Source: a virus (Duplodnaviria > Caudoviricetes). Taken from it: a stretch of 39,998 nt of DNA. The first letter of the stretch is position 1. Each line of letters begins with the position of its first letter. Positions 1 to 10,350 of the stretch are shown here, one piece after another. Position numbers and translations under genes: made by a program. The DNA is taken from positions 1 to 39,998 of the IMG/VR virus record IMGVR_UViG_3300007734_000679. One strand, written 5' to 3'. The notes beneath the pieces are model-generated. The model searched no databases. It was not told the DNA's origin and worked only from the letters and a program-made list of their open reading frames with translations.

Positions 1-127
1 CCCAACCATTGTTCGCAATCCATCCTTTGAAGAGGCTGTGAAGCCCGACGAAAAAACAAGGGTGGCGTTGGAAAAGAACGTTCTTCTGTTCGACACTAAG
101 GAGTTTACGTCTACTAAGTCTGACGGA
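1..127. repeat. Terminal direct repeat copy 1 (assembly overlap)
   Basis: CCCAACCATT...CTGACGGA is identical to 39872-39998. Confidence 0.97.
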
Positions 128-3100
128 GCAGTTGTTACCGAGCGCGCATACAACAGCATCAAGGTTGAAGGCAACACGGCTCAAGAACGAGCGGAAAATA
201 TCATTCAGCAGATGGTGAGAAACCTGCTTGAGATTCACGATCGAATCCCTGAGGCAACTCGTAAGCGTTCAAAACTTTGGTACATGGGCGCAAACCGAAT
301 ATCGCGCGTGTTCGCAAAGCGATACGGCCTGACCGACAGGCAATCGGCGGCGGGACTGGCTGTGCTATCCCCGCAAGCAGATTGGCGTATGAACATCTCC
401 TACTGGGAGCGCATTCTCGACATCTCGCGTCACCGACAACAATATGTTTGGGATGCGAAAATGACTAGTTGGGCAGACGGGTACATTGAATCGAAGACGG
501 AAGAATGGGAACTGGAACGTCTTGCTTTAGAGAAAAGCCGAGACAACGCAAATAAGAGCGTATTGGTTGCAGGCAAAGCGATTGAGGGCAAGCAGAAGAA
601 GTACGAGTCCGTGCTTGCTGAGGTAGATGCGCGTGAACAATTGCGGCTTGCCGAACTTCAAGTCTTTGAAGATCAGGCGACAGAAGTAAAGGCGGCGCGC
701 GAACGACGCGATATAACCGAAAAAGCGGCTAAGGAACAACGCCAAGAGATTGCTGAGAAGAAGAGCAAGGCACGAGAAGCCGTTGATAAGGCTCGCGATA
801 AAGACAACAACAAGGCAATCAAAGCCCGCCAAGAAGTTCGGTTTGCTGAAACTGAGAAGCGTCAAGCGGAACGCGAAGCAATCAAGCGCCAAGCCAAGGT
901 TGATGAAGGGAATCCCAACCTTTTGGCGCAAGACTTTATTCGTGGAATGTCGTTGGCTAACGTGGAATCTGACTACGCACGTGCGTGGTGGATCCGCGCA
1001 TACGACGAAGCGCACAACCCTCGTGCCTTCCGCGATGTAACTCCTGAAGGCGACTTCCTTGATTTTGTCAAGACCGATAAAGGCAACAACTATCCTATTG
1101 GTTGGAAGTCCTTTGATGGAATCGCAAAGGCTGTTTCGATCATTCGCGATGGGTCTGTTGAAAACATCCACGACCAACTTGGAAACGAGCACAAGGTCAG
1201 GAGTTTCTACAACAACATTTACGCGCCCAACTCTTTGTTGCCGTTCCTTACTTCTGACACGCATCAGGTCGCGGCAGACCTTATGGAACCTCTTGGCTCA
1301 AGTGCAATCGAGGTTGGTCATAACTTTGGAACAGGTAAGGGCGTTGGCGTTGTCGGCCCTCAGGGCTTGAAGGGCACCTACTGGATGCACGCCGAAGCGG
1401 TTGTTCGCGCCGCGCGCGAGCGCGGGCTTATTCCTCGTGAAATGCAGTCCATTACATGGGAAGCAATTCGAGGCTTGTTCAAAGACACATTTAAGCAAGA
1501 TGAAAAGAACCTTGAGTCTGTCCGAGATCTTTGGGATCGGTATCGCAATGGGGAGGCAACTTATGAAGAAACCTTTGAATCCATCGTCAAACTTGCAGCA
1601 GGATTTACGGAGCCCTCGTGGGTTGGCATCGGATCCGATCGCTTCCTTCCTGCGGAGCGTGGGCATTCCAGTTACGAAAACGACTTGGCTCACAGCAGCG
1701 TCACACTCGATGAATCAGCCCTCACTGGAGAAGAACGACCCCGAAACATCGGGGATGTTGCAGCGGATGTTTCCCAAGGAGAGTCAGGAGTCCTAGAGCA
1801 AGCCGCTCCTGTATCGCCTGAGTTCTTCTCCGCGCTCAAGCGCAGCGTTGACGCCGTTGACGCTAAGGAGTTGACGGGCGCCCAGTGGAAAGATCGCATT
1901 GCCACCTTGGTAAACAAGGGCGAGGTCAAGGAAGAGGAAATCTATTGGACGGGCTTCTACGACTTCCTCGACATGCAGCGCGAAGGCAAGATCACAAAGG
2001 AAGAACTTGCTGCGTTCCTTCAAAACAATGGCGTAGATGTTCGAGTGTTGTCGTCTGAAGTGGTAAATGCGGGAAAGAAGACGTACAAACTAAGTTCTGC
2101 CGAGTATGGGACTGAAATTGGATCCTTTGCAAGCATGGAGAAAGCAGAAGCAAAGATTGAAAAAAACTTTCAACTCTCTATGGCGGTTCACGAGTCTGCA
2201 TTTGACCGTTACGTAGAGCAATTTGAAGGACGTTGGTATGTATCGGAAAGGGAAACGGTTACTGGTGAGCCATCAGGCTTGATATTTGATTCTCGCGAAT
2301 CTGCGGAAGCCTACGCAAAAAGAGAAAAAGAATATGCAATTGACCTTGAAAGGCAAAAGTATCGAACAGGCTTTGCCATTTACGAAATTGAACTTGGCGG
2401 AGGCGGAAACGATTTTAATTCAAAGTATGATTACGAACCGCTGATTTTGCCAAACGGCACAAACTACCGCGAAGTGTTGGTGACACTTCCTAACTTTCGT
2501 CCGCCAGTTAAACCTCCAAGCGCCAAAACGCTTGCGGCTCGCAAAGCAATATTTGAGAAGTACGAAACAGCCATTAAAAAAAATGATGCGGAAATAAGGG
2601 CAAATCTACTTAATTCAAGCGATATGACTCAGCAAGAAATGAGTGCTCACACAAATAAGCGATACGACTTGGGAATTGAACGAGATCAATTAGAAAGCGC
2701 TCGGGATCAGGAAGCAAGTCAATTTCCAATTCCTCAAGAAGCAGATGCACTTCGGTGGAAGATCCCGCACTTTGGTGAAGCAGGCGAACAAAACAATGTT
2801 CTTGTATCTACACGTTTGAATGATCGAGTAAGTGAGCAGGGTAAGCCTGCGCTTCACGTTGAAGAAATCCAATCCGATCAATCAGCAAAGGGTCAAGATA
2901 AAGGCTTTCAACCAAAGGAAGGCGTGTCGTCGTCAGACGAATATCTACGTCAAGAAGATATTCTGTACCAACGTTTTAATAGAAGTACGCAACTTGGGCT
3001 GGACGTACTTAGACAATTTGACAACCTTGGCTTTGATGATGGGGATAGAACGGGCCCGCTTCGATGGCTATCAAGCGAATCAAATTGGGATTTTGAAAAT

Positions 3101-6100
3101 GGCGGACTTGACTTGCGGGGTCTTACTGAAGATCAAGTAAGTGTTTTGCGGGAATATGTAGCAGCCAATAAAGAACTACGTGATCTTCAAAACAGTCGAA
3201 AGAGGACAAAAGAGTTGGTGCCGCGCGCGCCATTTATCACATCAACCGATGCTTACGTAAAATTGGCGCTCAAGCATACGCTTATGGAAGCCGTCAAGGG
3301 CAATTACAAGTATGTGACGTTTATTACAGGGGAGCAAAGCGTACAGCGATACAAGGACGCGTTGCTGCAAGTCATTGATAACGTGCGAATTAATAGAAAC
3401 GAAGACGGCACGTACACATACTTTGCAGAAAAAAATGGTCGAGTTGTCCGAAATGGCAGCGATGTGTCATCCGAGGTAATTAAGGAAACCTTTGGCAAAG
3501 AGGGCGGAAAGGAATTGCTTCGGGCTGCGGACGAGGCTGATGTTGACACGGTTGTAAGAGTTAACGCGGAGAACATTCCTGTTGGCGGCGCAGGTATGCG
3601 CAGGTATTACGACAGCATGGTCATAGACCTTGCCAACAAAATGTCGAAGAGGTTGGGCGGAGGCAAAATTGAATCTTTGACTATGAGCGACGGCACCGTT
3701 CAGCCTGCGTTGGAAATTACCGACGCTATGCGTGCAAAGATTAACGAGGCAGGTGGCCTGCCGTTGTTCCAAGCCGCATCGAAGAAGCCTGCTCGCGCCT
3801 CGTTTAACCCAAAGACGTTCGAGGTCAAACTTGGGCACCATTCGGACATGACATCGTGGGTGCACGAGTCGAGCCACTACCTGTTCGAGACATACCACAG
3901 GATGATCTTGGACGGCAGCGCGCCGAAGTGGGTCGCCGATGACTTCCAAACGCTGCTCACATTCTTTGGCGTCAAGGACAACGCTGAATGGAATACGCTC
4001 TCGTTTGAGGCGCGCAGGAAGCACTACGAGAAGTTCTCCTACAACTTTGAAATCTACATGGCGGAAGGCAAGGCGCCAACCATTGCGTTGCAGCCGTTGT
4101 TTGATCGCTTCAAATCGTGGATCATCCAAGTCTACACCGACGTCGTAAAGCATCAGAACACTCTGTACAAGGAGCAGTTCGGTGAAGAACTTCCTCCGCT
4201 TACCGATGAAGTCCGCCGCGTCATGGATCGCATGCTTGCGACTGAGGAGCAAATCCGAAGTACGGCTGAAGCCCGCGACATGAAGGCGATGTTCCAAACG
4301 CAGGAGGAAGCAGGAGTATCTGACGCGGCTTGGGCTGAGTATCAAACCGTGCTTAGCGCAAGTCACCGCGACGCTGTCAATGAATTGACCGCGCGCAGCA
4401 TGCGCGATTTCCAGTGGGTTGGCAACATGAAGAGCAAGTTCCTGAAGGAACTGGCAAAGAAGAACGCTGCTACTCGAAGAGCAGTCCGTGACGAAGTCGA
4501 GGAACAAGTACGTGCTGAACCGATCTTCAGGGCAATTGATTTTCTGAAGTACGGAATGACCACGTCGGAAAACGGCGAGCGCGTTTCGGCAGAGAACGTT
4601 GGCAAACTTAACCTTGCCGACGCGAAGGCTGTCCTAGGAGATGAAACCGCCAAACTTGGATACGGCAAGTACGGCATGATTGCAAAGGACGGAATGCCTG
4701 CTGACCTTGTTGCTGAACTGTTTGGGTTCAAGAGCGGCGACGAACTGCTTCGGGCTCTTGCGGCGGCAAAGAAGGTTGGAGATGAGATTGATGCGCGCAC
4801 TGACGAGCGCATGATGAAGGAGCACGGCGATCTGAACGATCCCGAGCGTATGGAGCAGGCAGCGAATGCTGCGCTGCACAACGATGCTCGGGCTCGTGCG
4901 GTGGCAACCGAACTAAACTTCATTACGAAGGCAACGACGCCCGTGAAGGAGATGGTTGCCGCTGCCCATGAGGTTGCGGTTGATCACATCAACAATCGCA
5001 AGATCAAGGATGTCAAGGCACATGAGTTTGCTGTAGCCGAAGCAAAGGCCGCGCGTGCAGCGCGCAGCACCGCCGACTCAAAGGTAAACCCCGAAGCCAT
5101 TGGAAAGTCCGCGGGTACTAGGGCATACAACAAGGCTATTGCCAGTGGCGTAGACGAAGCCGCTGCGGTGAAGTTGGGCGAGGACGCAGCAAAGACTGCC
5201 GCCGCAAATGCGCAAGAGCGCATCAACCTTCACAAGAAGCAGTACGGCGATGTTGACCCAATGGAGTCGGCGCGCCGCGCCAAGCAGCACCAGTTGTTCA
5301 ACAATCAGTTGGCTGCTGTTGCAGGTGAAGTGCAAGAGGAAGTGCGAGACACGGTCAGAGGTTTCTCAAAGTTCTTCAAGGCTGATTCCAAGATCAGCAA
5401 GAGCCGCGACATTGAAATGGTGATGGCTGCGCGCTCGATCCTTTCGGCGTTCGGTTTCGGACGTTCTGACAAGGCGCCGATTGAATACGTCAAGCAGATT
5501 GAAGCGTTCAATCCTGAACTGTTTGCCGCTCTTGAACCGATCATTGCGCGCGCATCACGAGGAGCGCAGGACTACCGAGAAATGACGGTTGCGGAGTTCC
5601 GCGCGTTGAGTGACGGCGTCACCGCTTTGTGGAACGACGCGCGCCGAGACAAGCAGATCATGGTTGGCGAGAAGAAGGTTGCGCTTGCGCAGGTCGTTGG
5701 AGAACTCGTTGATAGGACAAACGAGTTGGGCGTGCCTACCGAGATGGCGGGTGATAAGTCTGCGCCAACACGGCGTCAACGCATGATGCGCACGCTCAAC
5801 GGCGTGAAGAACATGATGCGCCGCGTCGAGCATTGGTGCGACGCGATGGACGGGCTCGACAACACTGGAGGCCCATTTACTAAATACATCTTCCGCCCCA
5901 TCGTAGACGCAATGGATGCGTACCGAGCCGATCGCACGAAGTATTTGAAGCGGTACGCTGAGTTGTGCGCAACGATCGAATTGCCGAAGGGCAGGATTGC
6001 TGCTCCTGAACTTGATTACACGTTCGGCGTCGGCAATGGTGGAGTTGGAAAGTCCGAACTGCTTGGCGCGCTGCTTCACATGGGCAACGACGGCAACATG

Positions 6101-7876
6101 CGCAAGTTGTTGATTGGTCGAAAGTGGGGCGAACTTGACGCCGAAGGAAACCTAGACGCTTCTCGGATGATGAAGTTCATCAACCGAATGGTGACCGAGG
6201 GCAAGTTGGTCAAAGCGGACTTTGACTTTGTCCAAAGCGTTTGGGATCTCAATGAGGAACTGAAGCCGATGGCGCAGAAGTCGCATCGCGACCTCTACGG
6301 CTTCTACTTCAAAGAGGTTGAAGCAACGCCGCTCAACACGCCGTTTGGCACGTATCGAGGCGGATACGTTCCCGCCAAGGTTGATCCGTTCATGGTCAAG
6401 GACGCGCAGCGCAACGCCAAGATGGATGCGCTTGAAGGCAACTTCAATCAGGTGATGCCGAGCACGGGTCTTGGGTTTACAAAGTCTCGCGTTGAGTACA
6501 ACCGTCCGCTTGCGCTTGACCTGCGCATGATTGGCAAGCACATCGACGATGTGATTCGGTTTGCACACGTGCAGCCCGCAATCAAGGATGTGTTGAAAGT
6601 CATTGGCAACGAAGAGTTTGCTTCGGCGCTCTCGAAGATTGACCCGACCGCTATTGAGACAATGTTGGTTCCGTTCCTCGGTCGTGCTGCAAGGCACACA
6701 GCGGTAGAACAGGGACGGTTCAAAGCAGTCGATGATTTTTGGATTGCTGTCCGCGGTCGAACAAGTTTGATGTTCATGTCTTTGAACCTCAGGCAACTCG
6801 GCGACGTCGGCGGAATATCTGTTGCGCTTACAAAGGTGAAGAGCGGGCAGTTGGCTGCTGCGATGAAACAGTACCTTGATAGCCCGCATGAAGTAGCAAC
6901 CATGATCGGCGAATTTTCGCCAATGATGGACGAGCGGTTGAACAACCACATTAACGACACGCGCGCTCGGCTCGATGACCTGATAGGAAATCAGAGTGGC
7001 TTGGGCAAGGCTCAAGCGTTGGCGCGTAAGCACGGCATGTTCCTGAACACCGTGCTTCATAACCAGTTGGACATTGTGACGTGGCTTGGCGCATACAACC
7101 AAGCACTTGCGGAAATTGCTGCTTCAGCAGGAGACAAGGAAGCGCAACGCGAAGCGGTGTCTCGTGCCGATGCAGCCGTTCGATTGACTCAGGGCGCTAT
7201 GAATCCTGAGGACGTTGCTGCGTACGAGCAAGGCACACCGTTCTACCGAACGATCACGCAATTCACGACATACCTCAACACGTTGGCAAATCTAAACGCT
7301 GACGAGTACGGGAAGATTGTTCGTGAATTGGGAATCAGGAAGGGTGCGGGCAAATTGGTACAAGCGCATATCTTGGCGTACGCCGTACCCATGATCATCT
7401 TCGGAGTATGGACTGATTTGATCAGTGGCGGTTGGGACGATGACGATGAATCATGGGCTGCTCATGCGCTCAGTGTTCTCTTTGGTTCGTATTTCTCGGG
7501 AGGCATAGGCATGCTCCCGTTCGGATCTCAGGTGCAAGGAATTGCCGAGGCTACGATTGCAAAGTCAATTGGTGGATCGGTCATCCGCAACAAAGAGCAC
7601 ATCAACGTCAGCCCCAGTATTAATGCGTTGGAGGGTGGTGTTGTTGGTGCAGCCGATAGCGCATACAGGGCAGTGAGCGGCAAGGAAATCACTGGCAAGA
7701 ACATCAAGGACGCTCTCACGCTTGTTAGCCTGTTCACAGGCATCCCACTGAACCCAATTGGTAAGACGGTTGGGTACGCGGTAGACGTCAACAACAACAA
7801 GATCCAACCGACTGGCACCGCTGACTACATCCGCGGTTTGATTACGGGGTCAGCAAGCCCTGAGAGCAAGAAATAA
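2..7876 (+). CDS. 3' part of giant internal virion / large polyvalent protein (~3,573 aa in total, starts at 37026)
   Basis: Position 38 corresponds to 39909, the same frame as the ATG at 37026. Contains an HExxH zincin-like motif (HESSH, 3863-3877) followed by EKF..NFE.Y..EGKAP, typical of polyvalent/ejection proteins. Sits between the ejection genes and the tail fibre. Confidence 0.88.
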   Translation, partial: PTIVRNPSFEEAVKPDEKTRVALEKNVLLFDTKEFTSTKSDGAVVTERAYNSIKVEGNTAQERAENIIQQMVRNLLEIHDRIPEATRKRSKLWYMGANRISRVFAKRYGLTDRQSAAGLAVLSPQADWRMNISYWERILDISRHRQQYVWDAKMTSWADGYIESKTEEWELERLALEKSRDNANKSVLVAGKAIEGKQKKYESVLAEVDAREQLRLAELQVFEDQATEVKAARERRDITEKAAKEQRQEIAEKKSKAREAVDKARDKDNNKAIKARQEVRFAETEKRQAEREAIKRQAKVDEGNPNLLAQDFIRGMSLANVESDYARAWWIRAYDEAHNPRAFRDVTPEGDFLDFVKTDKGNNYPIGWKSFDGIAKAVSIIRDGSVENIHDQLGNEHKVRSFYNNIYAPNSLLPFLTSDTHQVAADLMEPLGSSAIEVGHNFGTGKGVGVVGPQGLKGTYWMHAEAVVRAARERGLIPREMQSITWEAIRGLFKDTFKQDEKNLESVRDLWDRYRNGEATYEETFESIVKLAAGFTEPSWVGIGSDRFLPAERGHSSYENDLAHSSVTLDESALTGEERPRNIGDVAADVSQGESGVLEQAAPVSPEFFSALKRSVDAVDAKELTGAQWKDRIATLVNKGEVKEEEIYWTGFYDFLDMQREGKITKEELAAFLQNNGVDVRVLSSEVVNAGKKTYKLSSAEYGTEIGSFASMEKAEAKIEKNFQLSMAVHESAFDRYVEQFEGRWYVSERETVTGEPSGLIFDSRESAEAYAKREKEYAIDLERQKYRTGFAIYEIELGGGGNDFNSKYDYEPLILPNGTNYREVLVTLPNFRPPVKPPSAKTLAARKAIFEKYETAIKKNDAEIRANLLNSSDMTQQEMSAHTNKRYDLGIERDQLESARDQEASQFPIPQEADALRWKIPHFGEAGEQNNVLVSTRLNDRVSEQGKPALHVEEIQSDQSAKGQDKGFQPKEGVSSSDEYLRQEDILYQRFNRSTQLGLDVLRQFDNLGFDDGDRTGPLRWLSSESNWDFENGGLDLRGLTEDQVSVLREYVAANKELRDLQNSRKRTKELVPRAPFITSTDAYVKLALKHTLMEAVKGNYKYVTFITGEQSVQRYKDALLQVIDNVRINRNEDGTYTYFAEKNGRVVRNGSDVSSEVIKETFGKEGGKELLRAADEADVDTVVRVNAENIPVGGAGMRRYYDSMVIDLANKMSKRLGGGKIESLTMSDGTVQPALEITDAMRAKINEAGGLPLFQAASKKPARASFNPKTFEVKLGHHSDMTSWVHESSHYLFETYHRMILDGSAPKWVADDFQTLLTFFGVKDNAEWNTLSFEARRKHYEKFSYNFEIYMAEGKAPTIALQPLFDRFKSWIIQVYTDVVKHQNTLYKEQFGEELPPLTDEVRRVMDRMLATEEQIRSTAEARDMKAMFQTQEEAGVSDAAWAEYQTVLSASHRDAVNELTARSMRDFQWVGNMKSKFLKELAKKNAATRRAVRDEVEEQVRAEPIFRAIDFLKYGMTTSENGERVSAENVGKLNLADAKAVLGDETAKLGYGKYGMIAKDGMPADLVAELFGFKSGDELLRALAAAKKVGDEIDARTDERMMKEHGDLNDPERMEQAANAALHNDARARAVATELNFITKATTPVKEMVAAAHEVAVDHINNRKIKDVKAHEFAVAEAKAARAARSTADSKVNPEAIGKSAGTRAYNKAIASGVDEAAAVKLGEDAAKTAAANAQERINLHKKQYGDVDPMESARRAKQHQLFNNQLAAVAGEVQEEVRDTVRGFSKFFKADSKISKSRDIEMVMAARSILSAFGFGRSDKAPIEYVKQIEAFNPELFAALEPIIARASRGAQDYREMTVAEFRALSDGVTALWNDARRDKQIMVGEKKVALAQVVGELVDRTNELGVPTEMAGDKSAPTRRQRMMRTLNGVKNMMRRVEHWCDAMDGLDNTGGPFTKYIFRPIVDAMDAYRADRTKYLKRYAELCATIELPKGRIAAPELDYTFGVGNGGVGKSELLGALLHMGNDGNMRKLLIGRKWGELDAEGNLDASRMMKFINRMVTEGKLVKADFDFVQSVWDLNEELKPMAQKSHRDLYGFYFKEVEATPLNTPFGTYRGGYVPAKVDPFMVKDAQRNAKMDALEGNFNQVMPSTGLGFTKSRVEYNRPLALDLRMIGKHIDDVIRFAHVQPAIKDVLKVIGNEEFASALSKIDPTAIETMLVPFLGRAARHTAVEQGRFKAVDDFWIAVRGRTSLMFMSLNLRQLGDVGGISVALTKVKSGQLAAAMKQYLDSPHEVATMIGEFSPMMDERLNNHINDTRARLDDLIGNQSGLGKAQALARKHGMFLNTVLHNQLDIVTWLGAYNQALAEIAASAGDKEAQREAVSRADAAVRLTQGAMNPEDVAAYEQGTPFYRTITQFTTYLNTLANLNADEYGKIVRELGIRKGAGKLVQAHILAYAVPMIIFGVWTDLISGGWDDDDESWAAHALSVLFGSYFSGGIGMLPFGSQVQGIAEATIAKSIGGSVIRNKEHINVSPSINALEGGVVGAADSAYRAVSGKEITGKNIKDALTLVSLFTGIPLNPIGKTVGYAVDVNNNKIQPTGTADYIRGLITGSASPESKK

Positions 7877-7891
7877 ACCAAAGGCATTACC

Positions 7892-8947
7892 ATGACCATC
7901 AGCAACGTAAACAGGTTTGTGCAGGCAGGTGGCAACGGCGTGACCGTTGTATTCCCCTTCAACTTCAAAGTGTTTCAATCGACTGACGTGGCGGTCGTCA
8001 CGATGGTCACGAGCACTGGCGTACAGACGACGCCCGTGCTCGGCGTTGACTACACCGTGACGATTAGTGGTGATCAGAACTACAGCGCGGGCGGCAACGT
8101 CACATTCACCACTGCGCCTCTCACGGGCGTTCGCATCACAATCTCTTCGTTGGTGCCGAACCTTCAACCGACTGACCTGTCAAATCAGGGCGGGTTCTAC
8201 CCTGACGTCATCAACGATTCGTTTGATCGTTCGACGATTCAAATCCAACAGGTCGGCGATATCGCTTCAAGGTCGCTGTCGGTTGCTCAGAGCGAGCAGG
8301 GCGTGACAAGCCTTGCGTTGCCGCCGATCGCTGTACGCGCCAACAAGTACCTTGCGTTTGATGGTGGCGGTACACCTATGGCGGCGACGGGTACGAACAC
8401 CCCAGGAATCTCGTATGCAGGGAACGTCGAACTAACCGCCAACAACGCAGGCTCGAACGTTGCTCGTGACCTCGTGTTCTACGACAACGCGACCGAGCGC
8501 ATGCGGCTGACGGGCGCTACGGGCGCCCTGAACGTCACGGGCGCGCTGACTACGGCAAACCTCGGTGTGTCGGGCGCGCTGACTGCGGCGCTTGCCTGCG
8601 GAGGGTTTGCTCTAACTGGCCTTGGCGCACCTACGACGCAGACGGGCGCAATGCGATTAGACGACATCATTGTGAAATCGCGCGTGTCGATGGCGTGGGT
8701 AATCGCCAATGGCGCAGTCACTGGTTCGGACGGCACAATCAGTTGGACGTTTGCGGGAATCGGAGGCACAACCGTTACGGCTACGGCTAGTGCGGGATCA
8801 TGGACAGGCGTGCTTCTTGGGTTCAGCACCGCGGGCGCCTTGCTTTCGGTTGCTCTGCAATCGACTGCCGCGACTGCGCTCACGAAAACCAGCGCATCAA
8901 CCTCCGCAGCGTGGTGGTTGGCTATTGCAACTCGGAGTGGTACTTGA
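7892..8947 (+). CDS. Tail fibre protein (podoviral N-terminal adaptor-binding domain)
   Basis: GNGVTVVFPFNFKVF...DYTV...QPTDLSNQGGFYPDVINDSFDRSTIQIQQ anchor domain; Gly/Ala/Thr-rich C-terminus. Confidence 0.85.
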   Translation: MTISNVNRFVQAGGNGVTVVFPFNFKVFQSTDVAVVTMVTSTGVQTTPVLGVDYTVTISGDQNYSAGGNVTFTTAPLTGVRITISSLVPNLQPTDLSNQGGFYPDVINDSFDRSTIQIQQVGDIASRSLSVAQSEQGVTSLALPPIAVRANKYLAFDGGGTPMAATGTNTPGISYAGNVELTANNAGSNVARDLVFYDNATERMRLTGATGALNVTGALTTANLGVSGALTAALACGGFALTGLGAPTTQTGAMRLDDIIVKSRVSMAWVIANGAVTGSDGTISWTFAGIGGTTVTATASAGSWTGVLLGFSTAGALLSVALQSTAATALTKTSASTSAAWWLAIATRSGT

Positions 8948-9414
8948 TTCGATTCGGGCACAACTCGGGTAGCCCGATCAATACAACGCCGACAACGGCG
9001 GTCAGATCGTGCCTGAACTTCTGTCTTGTCCCGTACAAAACTGTGGCAACTTTTTCACCTGCGTTTGTGAGGGCGTATTTATTTGGAGCGTTAGACCCGC
9101 CCAATACAGGATGGCACCAAGCGATAGGATTTGAGTGGGGTGTGATTCTTACCTTTCAAAACTTCTATCCTGCTTCAAGCGGAAGAACCGTAAACATCAG
9201 GTACGGCGTTGGAACTACCCCAGGAACCTACGCAACCGTAGTTGCTCCCAATGACGCAGGAGCAACGCTCACTCAGTTCTTTGTCGAGCCGTCATGGTAC
9301 GTCTTGTTTGAGTTTATTAATGACGGCACGTTTGACGGGCCAACAAGCATGGCGTTGGCAAATCTGACAAACGGCACATCAATCATCGGATTCAGTGTGG
9401 AGTTCGCTCCTTAG
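8944..9414 (+). CDS. Putative fibre-associated / receptor-binding protein (156 aa, TTG start)
   Basis: TTGA overlap with the fibre stop codon; GGAG at 8934-8937; beta-rich sequence MIRFGHNSGSPINTT... The start is inferred. Confidence 0.6.
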   Translation: MIRFGHNSGSPINTTPTTAVRSCLNFCLVPYKTVATFSPAFVRAYLFGALDPPNTGWHQAIGFEWGVILTFQNFYPASSGRTVNIRYGVGTTPGTYATVVAPNDAGATLTQFFVEPSWYVLFEFINDGTFDGPTSMALANLTNGTSIIGFSVEFAP

Positions 9415-9421
9415 GATTTCA

Positions 9422-9733
9422 ATGGCTGTATCTCAATCCGCAACCATCACCGCTGCAAACACGTTCACCACGCCGATTCAAATCATTGGGTGGTACAACG
9501 TGTCCATCTCACGCTCGAGCGGCGCGGTTGGAACCCTTGGCGGCACCACCGCGACGGTGCAGCGTTCATTCGACGCAGGCGTCACATGGTTTGACCTAAA
9601 GCAATGGACAGTGACGGCAGAGGAATACGGCTTTGAGCCTGAGGGCTCCCTCATCCGAGTAGGTGTAAAGACAGCGCAATACGTCCTGTCTGTAAATGTG
9701 CGAATCGGTCACGAGGGCGGCATGACAAAGTGA
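9422..9733 (+). CDS. Small beta-rich virion protein with Asp-box-like motif
   Basis: AGGA RBS; VQRSFDAGVTW motif; lies in the tail region. Confidence 0.65.
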   Translation: MAVSQSATITAANTFTTPIQIIGWYNVSISRSSGAVGTLGGTTATVQRSFDAGVTWFDLKQWTVTAEEYGFEPEGSLIRVGVKTAQYVLSVNVRIGHEGGMTK

Positions 9734-9779
9734 GTGCACAGGTATTCTTACAGGGCATAAACCCCAAGGAATCCCTTGA

Positions 9780-9956
9780 ATGTCTATTGAATCTCTCGCC
9801 GCTGTTTTGACTGTAATTGCAACCATCATCAGCACTACCGTGCTTGTGCTCGGTAAGATCAGCCGTCTTGAAGTATTAATTGCTGAACTTCGCGTACAAG
9901 TTTCGGCGTTTGAAAACCGAATCGGTCGGCTCGAAAAGCATAAGGATATTTCTTAA
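9780..9956 (+). CDS. Small membrane protein (1 TM plus coiled coil), lysis-associated; missing from the ORF track
   Basis: Hand translation: MSIESLAAVLTVIATIISTTVLVLGKISRLEVLIAELRVQVSAFENRIGRLEKHKDIS; AAGGA RBS; stop abuts the next ATG. Confidence 0.7.
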   Translation: MSIESLAAVLTVIATIISTTVLVLGKISRLEVLIAELRVQVSAFENRIGRLEKHKDIS

Positions 9957-10148
9957 ATGGAAACTGCACCTAAGGCGGGATACAAGACAAGCGAGTTTTG
10001 GTTGTCGGTTGCTGCTATGGCGGTCGGCGCCGCGTTCGCAAGCGGCGTGTTCCCAACCGACTCGGGCGTTGATCGCATCCTTGGCTTGGCGGCTACCGTG
10101 CTGACCACCCTCGGCTACACCGTGAGCCGTTCATTGGTGAAGCGTTGA
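9957..10148 (+). CDS. Putative holin (2 TM)
   Basis: 63 aa, K.GYKTSEFW motif, two hydrophobic segments, basic C-terminus. Confidence 0.65.
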   Translation: METAPKAGYKTSEFWLSVAAMAVGAAFASGVFPTDSGVDRILGLAATVLTTLGYTVSRSLVKR

Positions 10149-10149
10149 C

Positions 10150-10350
10150 ATGCTCGACCGCATCGTGGCTGCTATCGCGCTCGCGCTCATCGATTTCATC
10201 GCTGGTCGGGTTGAGCGTGGGCGAGTGGCGGTTGATTCGCTTCCTGATCCCGATCGTCTTCACCGCGCTGGTGATCGCATCCGCGAGTGGCTGCGCGCGA
10301 ACGGTGCTCGTGTCGGAGGGAAGCCCGATCAGGGTGGGCCCAAGCAGTGA
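10150..10350 (+). CDS. Putative i-spanin-like (Rz-like) membrane-anchored protein
   Basis: N-terminal hydrophobic helix and charged tail; overlaps a lipoprotein ORF in another frame. Confidence 0.5.
   Translation: MLDRIVAAIALALIDFIAGRVERGRVAVDSLPDPDRLHRAGDRIREWLRANGARVGGKPDQGGPKQ

Noticed and set aside
38-40. GTG at 38 as the start of the giant gene
   Set aside because: The frame is open upstream across the junction to the coupled ATG at 37026.
8800-9414. Programmed -1 frameshift fusing the tail fibre to the next ORF
   Set aside because: The frames overlap, but I see no canonical slippery heptamer; a coupled TTG start at 8944 with GGAG upstream is simpler.
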